This document shows, piece after piece, positions 24,441 to 37,900 of a stretch of DNA of 64,000 bases (within the stretch, counting starts at the first letter, position 1; the number at the start of each line of letters is the position of its first letter). The notes below the pieces were generated by a model. It searched no databases, was not told the DNA's origin, and saw only the letters and a list, made by a program, of their open reading frames with translations. The position numbers were made by a program, and so were the translations under genes. The stretch covers positions 1-64,000 of the forward strand of contig JNEM01011617.1 of the NCBI GenBank assembly GCA_000697335.1, given 5' to 3'. The DNA comes from Conidiobolus incongruus B7586 (taxonomy: Eukaryota).

Positions 24441-25457
24441 ATGAACATGTCTGAATCTGATCCTGATGTGATTATTGGCAAAATCCTTCACCCTATAGGC
24501 ATGACTGCAACGGGACTGGTGATGCTCACTCTCATTATACTCGGCTCAATAGATTTCAAATTAATTAATCGTCTCACAATTAGATTGATAGCAACTATAG
24601 CATTGGCAGATTTTTGTATCCACTTATCTGAAGTCATGTCTTTGGGTACTGAAAAATATTTGAGAACGCGATATTGCGAAGGGTTGGCCGCGTTCCGCTT
24701 ATTTGGTCGTCTCATTTACTATTTTACTAATATTGCAATTAGTTTTCATTTATATCGTGCAATTGCTAAAATGCAGAAATCTTCTCTGAAATATGAAATA
24801 ATGGTGTGGTTGTTCATGATTTGTGGTGTTGCTATCTTAATGATTATTTTTCATTTTATGGGCACTTTTAAAGGAGTCGAAAATAAAATAGAATGTCGTC
24901 CTGGTTCAGATAACCCTCTCTATTTCAAAATTGAAGAAGGATTAATTGGCGCATTTGCATTTATAACTCTAGTTACTTGTGTTACTGTTTATTTTATTAG
25001 TCGCCGCAGCTTTAAAAATATAATTGATAATTATGCCAATTTAAATTTTGACAATCCAGTCAATCAAGAGCAATTTAAAGTCAATCGCAGGAAAATGGCA
25101 GAACGTTCATTTTTGTACCCTTTAGCCACTGTTATTACTCTCCCCGCAACTATCGCGATGGCCGTGATGGATGTAACTGGTCGCTATTATCCAGTTATCT
25201 ACATTATACTTGCTTTAACTCAAGGTCTCTCTGGTATTTTGACAGCCGTCGCATTCGCTATTGATCCGGCACTTTGGGACTCTTTGAAATTGGCTAAATT
25301 CAAAGTCATGAATTCTTTTCAAGGTAAATTTAGTATATTTACACATTCAGTTAATTAATTTTATTGGTTAGATAAAGGATCATTTGCAATGGAACATATT
25401 TCTAAAAATCAAACAACTACATCGCTCTCCGAATCCCAAACTCATATACGTTATTAA
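24441..25457 (+). CDS. 7-TM GPCR-like protein; exons 24441-25323 and 25372-25457
   Basis: Close paralog of 21310-22324, arranged head-to-head with it. Intron 25324-25371 (GTAAAT...TTAG); exon 2 encodes DKGSFAMEHISKNQTTTSLSESQTHIRY*. The start may be the second Met (24447). Confidence 0.88.
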
Positions 25458-27634
25458 TTTAATTAGATCTTTATGAGCTCATAAGTCATTATCAAAAGAA
25501 TATAAATTAATATAAAATCTAGCAATATATTCATGTATATCCTTGGGCAAATTTTATCAATTTTTTACTATATATTAAATATTAATAATAACTACAATTT
25601 GCATCTTGAAAAATATAATTATAACTTTAGTATTTTGATATTCATAATCCTTTATAAAACTTACTGATATTATTAATCTATTAACTCCTTGATTTAATCT
25701 CAATTATGAATTAATAAGATTTAATTAGTTCATTTGAATAGAATTCTTTTTAATGAAATCACAAATTTCACTTTCTTCATTACCATCACTTCAACAATAA
25801 AGATAGTATTATTTTATTCAAGTTTTAGGATATATACAACATAAATGATTAAATATGATATTGATATTATCATATAATGAGCGGCAATGTTAAAATCATA
25901 TTTAAAGTTGACTTAAATTGGTTTCAATTATTGAGATCAATGTGAGGATGTAAATTTACGAACATTATTGCAATTTTCTAGTATTTGAGCAAATAATTTT
26001 TCTTTTTAGCGCTATGTTATTTATTAGATATTAGAAAAATACTGTTTGATATAATATATCTATTTTTAATATTTTTTATAGATTTTTTTAATATATTAAA
26101 GATTAATCATGACCGTATAGACAAAAAAGGTAATGTTCAATCTTGTATTGTTCCACTCGAATGTTGCATAAGTGTAACTAATAACTGTTATTTTTATATT
26201 AAATATGATACATTTGATTATAAGAAAAATGGATGTATTTAACGATATTAAGTTTGAATTTATTAAATCAATAATTATTTGCTTAATATTTTAAATATTC
26301 AATTGTGATTTTACGAATATAAATTATTATTAAATTATTATTAAGAGGGTAATAAAATCTTTTTTAATTGATATTATGCTCTTTTCCTTGTATCAAATTT
26401 AATTTTACTTAATAAAAAGTCTAAATATGTTAATAAGTTTAATGATTTTTACCTAAAAATTTATAGTAGAAAAATCATGATTTACGTTAGCGATGATTTA
26501 ATAATCAAAGCTCTTTCAACTTGAACATAAGTTTGAAAATTGGTATAAATTGTTTTAAATTATTCAACTTATCAAACTTTCTAATTTTAATTAAAAACTA
26601 TTATTGATATTTATTATGTTATTTGGAATTTATTGACATCTCAAATATGAATTTTTTATAATAAGCAAGAATCTCCATCTATTTTAATATTCAACTATGG
26701 ATGAATATCAGAATAAATTAAAATAACTATATATATTAACTCATAATTGATTTATTTAATTCTTTTCTGTTTAATCATTTTATTCTAATTATTTAATAAA
26801 TATATTATTTTAATAATAATGATATTATTATTTAATATATATACGTATAAACCATACTGAATTAGTATAATTAACGCAATAATTATAAAACTCAGTTAAA
26901 TTACCATAATTTTTAAATATCCTGTTTTAAAATTATCATTAAAATTTAATAAATATCAAAATGATTCTTATAAATACTTCTAATCTATAATAATAAAAAC
27001 AATATATATATATGAAATCATATTATCAACATATAATTAAAAATAATTTAATTATTAATATAAATACTTACCCATTTATTTCAATATATTGTTTTATTCT
27101 TTGATTCTTTTATATATTATTAAACTTGATAACTTCAATATTAAACACTTAAATTAAAAATATCACAAATATATTTTTATTTTTCATAATAAGATAATTT
27201 TAATTTGATTATGGTATTTGAAAATATTTGTTTATATTCAAACTTTTCATTAATTTATATTTAATACGATTTAGTTTTTTTATTTTATAAATTTATGATT
27301 TATTTATGATTTAGAAATTTCATATAAATATATTTTTATTTTACATAAAATTATATATTATAAAACTTTCGTTTTATGTTTTTAATAAATATTTGAAATA
27401 AAACCCAATTATTGGATAATTAATTATACTATTGTTATATTGATATAATATTAAAACGATTCAATTAAATGAATATATTTGTATTTGTTAATTTTAATTT
27501 TATTTAACATTATATAAAAAATATTTACTAAAATACCAATTGTGTAAAGAGTTTTATATCACCTTGAGAAAAGTATCAATGAAATTAACTAATAAATAAT
27601 ATTAATATATGATCTAGCTAATAACGACCGTAAT

Positions 27635-27979
27635 TGTGTGAGGAAATAGACTATTAGAGCTTAAACGGGGAATCGCCAGTAGCAAAGGATAGATTACCGC
27701 AGAGTTAGGGGAAATTAATGAGGTTAACCAAATGAGGTGAAAATGGCTTACTGTAAATCGAGTGCTTGGAGTAAAGTAAATATCTCACACTCGTCATGAC
27801 TCGATATTTTTGTGAGGGTTACGAGAAAACTTAGAGACTAGACACTTTTGAAATAAAGATAAAGAGATGTGCTTATTAGTTCGTTCGTGATAGTGTTATA
27901 TTAGAGTTCAGGAAATGAGAGTTCTCCAATGTGACTTCTTGATTCAGTGTGGTAATAGTAGTTACTTGATTGATTGACA
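27635..27979. other. GC-richer non-coding island, possible solo LTR
   Basis: ~345-bp segment bounded by TG...GACA with raised GC and CpGs, inside extremely AT-rich DNA. No TSD and no second copy found. Confidence 0.3.
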
Positions 27980-30707
27980 AAATTATTTCCCATCATAATA
28001 ATACAACTCTAGGGAAATTAAAGTTAAAAACTCTATTGCTTAGAAACTTTTTTATAAATTATGAAAAAATAAAAGCAAAAAATATAAAATATAAATAATA
28101 AATAAGAGATTATTCATTAAGATAACAAAAGCGATTAATTTTCGAGAAGTTTATATGATAATGATACATAATACCAAACTTATTTACTTCATATACTATT
28201 ATTAATGAATTAACAAATAATTATTATTTTCATATAAAAAATAAATAAATATTATATATTAACTTTCTATATATACCATAAACTTTCCCAAAAATATTTT
28301 TGCGTATTTATTTCGAAATATTACTTATAATTTACTTTTTTATAATTAGTTTATATTAATTTTTATAAAGCTTTTATATTATTTAAAATTTTAATATACC
28401 AAATTTCTTATTAATACAAATATATTAAAATAATTCTTTATACGCTTATTAAAAAAAGCAAAATTATTGAAAAAAATATAAACATTTCAAATATACCAAA
28501 ATACCTTTAATATTTTCATAAAGCAATTGCGAGATGAATTATTATAATTATAATTATAATTATAATTTGTTAATTTATCACATTAACAAAAATATATAAA
28601 TTAACCTCAATTGATATGATAAAATGATATTGGATGTTTATATTAACAATAGTGTAAATAATTATCCAAATTAGATATTATGTACTAAATTAATATTAGC
28701 TATAATATATGTTACAAGCTTTGGTCTTAATAATTAAGTTAATTCCTTAACAACTATTACCATACTAACACTAAACCTTACTATGAAATACTATTAATTA
28801 TTCTATTCAATTATATAAAAATTCAAATATAGAGTATTAAATAATCCTAAATTTTAAACAAATATATAAATTTTTAATTTTTTTCAATTATGACATGCTC
28901 TATATATATTATTTTGAAATTTAATTTAATAATATTAATATAATAATTTATATTTTAAGTTAATAATTGGATATAAAATATATATAATATTTTTTATTAT
29001 CAATCAAGTTAACTTTTAAGAAATACAATTTTAATATAATGTTATTCAAATATAATAAAAGTATTAAAATCAAAAATAAAACTTTTAACAAACAAAATAT
29101 TGATTTATTGAAAATATTATCATTTAAATTTTAACTATAAATATATAATTTATAATATATTACTAGCAAGTTAATATTTTATCAGGTTTTGAACTTATTA
29201 CTAAATATGAAATATTAGATATATTCTTATTTAAATATTAGTCAAGAAAGAGACAGTTTAAATTTCAATAATAATAATCTTTAACTATCAATAAATAAAT
29301 TCTATTATTTCGGTAATTAGAGAATATATTACGAATTGAAGATTATATAGATATTTTATATATATCTAAATTATTGAATTTATTCTGATTTATATTTATC
29401 GAATGATATTAATAGTTCTACTAACAGGACATAATGAATTTTGGAAATAATATATAACAATTTTTACTAATATCATTTTTGTAGTATTAAATAACTAATT
29501 TTTATTTTTTTTAAATCAACTGAAGTTATACATTTAAAAATTATCATTATAAAATCAATTGGTAAATATTTATAATAATTTAAAAAAATAATATTATTTG
29601 AATTTATATTTATTTACACTTTTTAAAATGTTTGAAAAAAGAATATTTTAAAATGAATTTAATTATCTAATATGATATTGATTATATTTTGATAAAATTT
29701 TAATAAATCAAAGTGTTGCCATTTAATAAAGGCTAAAACTTTATTAATTAATTAAAAATATTTAAATTAATGTTTTTGCTAATATAATTCTTCAATACCC
29801 AGAGTAATTATAACTAAATAGATTATAATACTATGAGTATATTAAATATTATAGCTTTTTCCAATTTTCGTTAAATAATAATTTTCAGATATAATTCAAT
29901 ATTATATATATATATATTCAATATTCCCAAAATTAGTATAATTATCAATCTAAAAATGAATTTAATTACCAAAAAAATGAAATATGTTATTAGTTAATTT
30001 GACTTTAAAAATTGCATAAAAACCACATATTGTTTTAACTTATTTTGATAATCAATATTTTTTATATACAAAGTATTCATTCATTAAAATTATCTAATCG
30101 AAAACGTTTGTTTTAAGCCAAAATATTTTTTTATATTTTAACTGAATTAGAAAAAAATTTTAAATTTATTAAATATAACATTTCCAAATAAAAACTATTC
30201 TTTGATAATATTTTAATAAATTTTTTAATCGTAACTATTCTTATTTTACTTTAAATAAAATATAGTTAATAACAATTTTACTATTTTATTGCTAAAAATA
30301 AAATCGAGATATTAGTTTATATTATATATTCAAATATTAAATATAATGTGAGGAGATTTTAACTTCTAGCCCTAGGAACTTGTGATATTTTAGAAATTCC
30401 ATATTATAAGCCTTCTTTTATTAAGTTTCTAGTATTTAAACTATTCAACTTTACTGTTTTTATAATTTATTAACCTTTCCAGTTGTTTGCCTAATATTTT
30501 ACACCCTTTTAAGGAGTCCCTTCCAATAAGTGGGTTTATTCTTCCGTCAACTATATTATAATAATAGCATTTAAAGAAAATTTTTATGCATTATATCATA
30601 TTTGAATATAATAAAACAAATTATTTTTTTTAAATTGTTGAAAATCCAAATATTTCTTTCCTAATTTTAAACAAATTATATAAGATAAAAGATTGAGTTA
30701 TAATATT

Positions 30708-31166
30708 TGTTACCAACAAGTACTTTGATAGTTAAGCCACTTCCATGATGTCATTGGATGTTGTCACCACTTTTGTTTCACTTATATACAGCAAAGCCTC
30801 ACTAGTTATCCATAGTTGTTACCTTTATACTGATAAACTTTAACCCCTTAGAAGGTAAGTTATAATCCATGAATTACCATGGATATATAGCTTTAGTTAC
30901 AAACACCATAATAAAGATACCTTTTTCTATCACAAATCTATTTGATCACTTGAATCTTTAAGTTATTATTTATCAACTGGTGATTAAGTCAGGAACTGAG
31001 ATAACATCAAATTTTTGTAATTCTTGGTTAGAGACATTATGGATATTGGTGATTTATAAGCAATCTACTTTATTAGTACTTATCCCTGCCTTTTGGTATA
31101 TCTAGCAGACATAATATTCAACTTTTTACCTAAACCTTGGCACTAAGATATAACTCATCATTAATA
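30708..31166 (+). mobile_element. Solo-LTR-like repeat family B, copy 2 (459 bp, uninterrupted)
   Basis: TGTTACC...TTAATA, flanked by 4-bp direct repeat TATT. Homologous to 16723-17533. Confidence 0.85.
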
Positions 31167-33980
31167 TATTTTTTATAAGTTATTAATATATTGTGAATTA
31201 TTTTAAACAACATATATTTAAGTTATAATAATTAATGATATTTAATTATTTTAATTATTAAATTTTTAAAAGATAATTATTTAATGAAAAAACAAACTAT
31301 ATTTTTTTAATCATATTATATTAATTTTTTTCAAATTAAAATATTTAAAAAATTTAATTCTTTAATTTAAATATAATACCAAAGTTTGATATACATAGAG
31401 TATATTATATACTTTCAACTGAGAATTTTGAATAATATCCTTTAATTAAATATAAAAGTAAATTGTCTATAATTAAAAAGTTAATATGAAATATTATCAG
31501 ATATATTTTAAAAATAAAATTACTTTATTTAACATATTATAACTTAAATAGTTATATAAAATTTTTGAAATATATAATATATATATTGATATAACTATGG
31601 TAGATTTTTCAAATAAATTTTGAAATTTTTATTAAAAAACTTTTTTTTCAAATTTATTAATAAAACCATCCTGTATTTGGATTTGGATTAGAATTTTTTA
31701 TCCATTATTAATATAATAAATTAAACTAATAATAATTTTCAATAAAATATATATTAATACTAAATAATTTAATAATGATTTAGATTTATTATAAAGAAAA
31801 CATATTTATATTATATTTTATAGCCAAAGTATAAAACTAGTTAGCCCAAATTATAATAATTATAGTTGAGTAGAGATTACAATAAATGAATAAATATATG
31901 GGTATAAAATAGTTTTCTGATTAATAGATTTAATTCAAATTATTATATCTGATAAGTTTACTTATGATATGATATATAACAGGTTTTTATTATACTGAAA
32001 TAACATAATATATTAGTATTTTATCCAAAACAGTCATTTTCTTATAAAAATAGGTTTGGTTTTTATTGTTTTTAATTTAAATATAAAGCTACGATAATTG
32101 GAATTTTATTATTTAAAACTATATCAGAAGTATTAATAAAATTAAAGTTTTAATATGATAAAAATATATTATTATTTATAAAATTCGATATAATATAATA
32201 ATACTAGTTATCTAATATAGATGAATATTTATTATGATGAAAATATTGAGTACAGATTGAATTTATGCTTTTCTAGCTAAAATTACTTTAAAAATTAATT
32301 GATTTTCTAATAACCATGAATTATATTCAAAGAATGAATCATTATATCGTTAATACAAGAATGTTATTAAATTAATTGTAAGGATGTAAAGGTATTTACT
32401 ACCAACACCGAGCAAAATATATTCATTTATACTCATTCTGAATATTATATTATTTTTTAAAGGAAAGGTGAAATGATAAATAAGGAAGAGTATAATTTTA
32501 TGAAATAAATTTAGTAAAATTTTGTGAAATTAATATAAAGATGAGTATTTTTGTGCAAAGCTATTCCTATGAAAATTAATAAAATAAAGATATGCAAATC
32601 ATATAAGAAATTTCATAAATAAAGACTTAAGTTTGTAATAGATTAAATAAATTCTCAAATCTATGTCTTGTAAAATTAACTTGATCAATTATAGATATAA
32701 TGAAAGGACCAGAACAGTATTTATATCTTGAAGAAATTGACTCAAATTATACGACGGTTAATGATGCGAATTGATGCTAAAGCTGATTGCCAATTAAATA
32801 AAACATTCAAATAAGTTATAATATCGCTAGCTTTGAATTATTTCAAAACTTTAATAATGTAGTTAAATCAATGGAGTTTGTAAAAAGTAGTGGTTAGACA
32901 AATATATGACCTTTGTAGTGAATTTATTATCCAAATTTTATGAACTTGTTAATGAATTTATGTTTGAGATATCATTAACAATTGCATTGTAAAAACATAA
33001 AGATTATTTATATATGTGGTATTTTTCCATATAATTATTTATATAAAGGTAATTATTCATGAATATAAACTTGAAAGATTTGGCTCCAAGATTTAAATAT
33101 TATTTGGTTGAATAATCTTTTAAATATATAAATTAATGTGCATAGTAAAGCAGTATTATATATTACCAAAGATGTTGAATCATTTGATATTTGTCTTTAT
33201 TTGATTTGATTTAAGTATAAACTCGTCTACTTCTCAATGTGTAAAAATATCTACTTGATTAGATAGTAACATATTATAAGGAAATTTAGTTTCAATCAAA
33301 AAGGATTACAATATATAATGTAATTGAAATTTTCAAAAATTTTATAAATATATCAAATATTATTTATATGAATATGAAAAAAATTAAAATAACTGTTTTA
33401 AAAAATTTGACCATAATATAAGTTATAATATTATATTTATTATATTAATTATTACAATATTAATTAAAAATTTTTTATGCTAAAATCAAAAATTAATAAA
33501 TTTTTATTGAATTAGTTAAAGTTATTATAAATATATTTAAATTTTCATTTAATTAAAATAAAATTTTTTTTAAATTTGATAAAATTTAATGTCGATTGTT
33601 AATTATATAAATTAGTTATATTGATATTATTCGAAAATTTTTTTAAATATGATTAGTTGAATTGAAAGCTAAATTTAATCAATAAAAAAATTCAAAATAC
33701 TGTTTTATAGTTATCGGATGATTTAATAAGTTTTTCTATAAAATATATATTAGATACATATTACTCATTCTAATATTTATTATTAAATTTCAAGCAAATA
33801 ATACATTTTATTCATCTTATTTACTATCGGTGGGAAAAAATTGATACAAATAATTTTCTGATATTAAATTTTTATAAGGTTTGTTGTTTGTATATATACA
33901 CATTATAAACACTTTTTATATGGGTTTAATATGATTAAATCCAAGATATATTATATAAAAGATTTATTTGTCAGTATTGT

Positions 33981-34988
33981 TTACATATTTCTCATTTCTT
34001 CCATGTATAATTCATAATCATTAGTAGGATTATTGGTTTCAAGATCAATTGATTCATTTTGTCCTAAATTAATTAAAAAATTAAAATAATAATAATAATA
34101 ATAATTGAATATACCTTTTTTCTTTCCAAAAACTTTGAATTTAGCTATAGTAAATGCATTCCAAACAGCGGGATCAATACAAAAAGCGGTTAATGTCAAT
34201 AAACCAGTTAGACCCGAAGTGATAGCCATTGCGGTAGTTAACCAATGAACATAATAGTTAGCACCGACCATAATAGTGAAAAGTGATTCAAATGGCAGGG
34301 TGATAAGGGTCGCAAGTGGGTATAAGAAAGATCTTTGGGCGATTTTCTTCCTATCTTTAATAAAACCAGAGCGTTCTTGGTCATCGACTTGATAGTTGGC
34401 GAAAGTATTAATCCATTTGTTTAAGTTAATATGACTGATAATGGTTGTAGTTACACAAACAATAGTGGTAATTAGTCCAATTGTACCTGCAATTGCATGG
34501 AATGCTCTATCTGCAGTTAGGTCATCAGCGCCAGGATTACAACCAACCTTGCGTTTAACTCCACTCATAGCGCCCAAGAAGTAGTATAGGAGCATGATAG
34601 GAGTAAGTGTGAATAATATTCCAAACCAAGTCATTAACTCAAATCTGAAGGAGGGTCTTTTCATTTGGACATAAACACGATACAGATGTCCGCTAATGGC
34701 CAAATTAGTTAAGGCATAAAACGTTCTTGCGAAAAGTCTAAAAGCGATCAATCCTTCACATGCAGGTTGCCCTAGCCATTCTTTCTTACCAAAAGATAAA
34801 TATTCACCCAAATGTGAGATGAAGTCGGCTATGGAAATGGCGGCAATCAATCGAATAGTCATGCGATTCACAAGCTTTAAGTCAATGATTGCGAGTGTGA
34901 TAAGTGACAACAGCACCAGCGAAGATGCAGTCATACCGATAGGGTGGAAGATCTTACCTAGTATAACAGTATAATTAGGTGATGCCAT
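33981..34988 (-). CDS. 7-TM GPCR-like protein; probable 51-nt in-frame intron 34114-34064
   Basis: Same family motifs (VNRMTIRLIAAISIADF, GCNPGAD, KIAQRSFLYPLATLITLPFE, AFCIDPAVW). The GT...TAG segment at the conserved intron position encodes the low-complexity IFNYYYYYYFNFLINL seen in the ORF track. Confidence 0.88.
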   Translation of the reverse strand: MASPNYTVILGKIFHPIGMTASSLVLLSLITLAIIDLKLVNRMTIRLIAAISIADFISHLGEYLSFGKKEWLGQPACEGLIAFRLFARTFYALTNLAISGHLYRVYVQMKRPSFRFELMTWFGILFTLTPIMLLYYFLGAMSGVKRKVGCNPGADDLTADRAFHAIAGTIGLITTIVCVTTTIISHINLNKWINTFANYQVDDQERSGFIKDRKKIAQRSFLYPLATLITLPFESLFTIMVGANYYVHWLTTAMAITSGLTGLLTLTAFCIDPAVWNAFTIAKFKVFGKKKGIFNYYYYYYFNFLINLGQNESIDLETNNPTNDYELYMEEMRNM

Positions 34989-37900
34989 ATTAATAAATAA
35001 ATTTTAATTTTTGAATTTTGTCAGTATTAAAAAATTGGAATATTTCAGCAATTTATACCAAATTTATTAGACTAAACCACAAGCATTTTTCACATTCAAT
35101 ATAATAAATTGTATATGGAACTCTAGAATAAGGGGAATTAGATTTTCTCATAATACACCTTTAATAACCAATGAAATACTATACAATTTATTAATCTTAT
35201 TTATCAATTATTAAGCACTATAACTTGTTAAAAAACAAATAGAAAAAAAATCAAAATTAACATTATTATATAAATTTAATATTAAAATCGTTATATTAAT
35301 ATTTAATTTTATTTATTATATCAGTAATAAAATAACTATTCTATTAGGAAAAATTAAACTAATTTTAAAAGTTGAACCAAAATTCCCAAATATATTCATT
35401 AATGATAATTGAAGATCTCAAACACTAGTTAAGAGATATAAGTATAAATATTAATTAGGACAAATTAGAATACCAGTTACCAATCTTATCAACATATCAT
35501 TGTTTGTTGTTTATAATTTATATTCTAGTTTCAATTAAACTTTTTAATTTGTATTGGGAACCAGTGAAATATGATTTATATTAATGGGATTTTATTATTA
35601 GATAAGGTAGTGTCATCACTTTTTAATTTCAATTTTCATCTAAATTAATCTTTTATTATATTTTTTTAATATTATAATTAACCAATAATTTTTAAGATAA
35701 CTATCAACTTGTATTATTATTGATTTAATGAGTTGAAATTCGGATAAATATAACTTTAACTATTTAAAAATAAAGTGGATAATATCCCATCTATTAAAGC
35801 TCATTAGAGTGAATTCTGCTCTCAGATTGTTAGATCTTTGTTTTTATAATCAATATTAACATTATTGAAAATTTTGATCAATGAACTCCTTTACCTTATA
35901 TTATTTATATAGCTATCAAGTTTTTCATAGTCCAGAAAAATTCAAATATATTTTATATATGTTATACTCTATATAATTAAATATTAGTACTAAAAACTAC
36001 CTATATGAATTTCTTAATATTAAAATAGCTGTATCAGTTAATGGAAAAATCACTGCTGATATATTTAATAGAATATATACCATTGAACTATTTGCAATTA
36101 AAAAAAGTAATTAGTCTATATTGAACCATGAGTATATAACCGTCTAACTTATATTTTACTTCAAATTTAATAGACAACCTGAAGTTCACAATATTGTGTT
36201 GTCACGAATTCAAAAGTAATTTTCTATTTAGTTAAACAATATGGATTTATTTGAAATCAAAATATCTTTGATTAAAATAAAAATTAGGTTGATTAGTTAT
36301 TATTGTTTATACAGAATTCAATATTATATACACCCAGGTATTGGATTTATATATACAATCAGATCTAAAAATATACTAAAAAATGATGTGTAATCCGTTT
36401 AATTTTCAAAATTGCTTGAACTTAGTGTATATTGATTGTAATTATATGAGCTTTAATAAGGTAACTTAATATTTATTAGAGATAGTATGCGATAACCATA
36501 GATTAATTAAAAGAGATTCACTTTAATTTCATTCAACAAGCACAACGTAATTCAATATATCTCTCTATCAATAATTATTTGAATGGATCTCAAATTTTAT
36601 TAGCCATTATAACGGCAGTTCGTTAAATCATTTACACATTGAATATTAAAATGAAATAATAGATACAATGTATTTAAATTTAACAACACTGATTATAGTT
36701 ATGAGAAATTATTAAATACATATTCATTTTGGGTACTTAACAGAGGTTATTTTAATTCATACAAACTAATTTATATTAATGAAGTAAAATTATTAATTTA
36801 TAGAAAAAAAATTTTTTAGACTAATATCAATAATAAGTTTTTAAAATTTAATAATAATAACTGTTTCAATATGTTCTTTATCATATTTTTATATCTATAA
36901 TAATATATAAATACTATGATTCAATGACTAATTCAGATTCATTATTCACTAAATGAAATATTTTTATATATCAACCATTTGATGAACTATAAAATCCAAC
37001 AGATTTGATATTTGTTAGAATGAATATATATATATATGAAAAAGAGAAAAAAAACTTTAGTATTCTTCAAGTTAAATATTATATTTAAAATTAAATTTTG
37101 GTTTTAGTAAGATGAGAATGGAAATAGATATTTATAGTGAAAAATACTATTAAATGGATTATAAATATTGATAAATCTTAGTATTTCTAATTTTTGTTAT
37201 TATGTTTCTAATAATCCATTTGATGCTCATAATGATAAAATGAGTTCAATAACGTTCATGTTCAAATTTCACTTTATATCAATTCAATATATATTCTATA
37301 AGTACAATTATATAAGAAATTTCAAGTATTCAAATCTTATATTCAAATAAATAGGTGTCATTTGAGAATACAATTCCCAATTAATTTTATAAAATGAATA
37401 ATTATATCTAATTTTAATAATCAACAGATCAAATAGTTACCAAATTAATAAAATTTTTTGAACTTAAATTTTTACCCATATTCTACAAAGATAATAACCT
37501 AAGTATTTTCAGAAATTTTATCATTTCAAATTCCCAACTAATATTAATGTTAATGAACATTCTTTTATAGTATCAAATTTGAATGCTAACTAAATGATTT
37601 TATCATAGTTAACTATGGATTAATAGCAGCATTTCGCACCAATTGATCCAACCTGCATATATAACACTTTTGACGAGTAAGCATTTGAGTGGATAACTCA
37701 AAAGATTGGAATAATGGATAATTCTAATTTGTCTAATTATCAAGAAGAAGTAATTTTTGGGTGAAAAAATGTTTATATCCAAATTTTATAATACATATAC
37801 ATACATTATTTGATTTCAAATAATTGGAATTATATTATTAACTACTTGTTTTGGTCAATATTCTTATATTTTTATTTTATATCATTAACAATTTGAGTAG

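Noticed and set aside
30347..30556. Possible short solo LTR (TGTGAGG..., TATAA flanks)
   Set aside because: No CA terminus and no second copy; TATAA repeats are expected by chance at this AT content.
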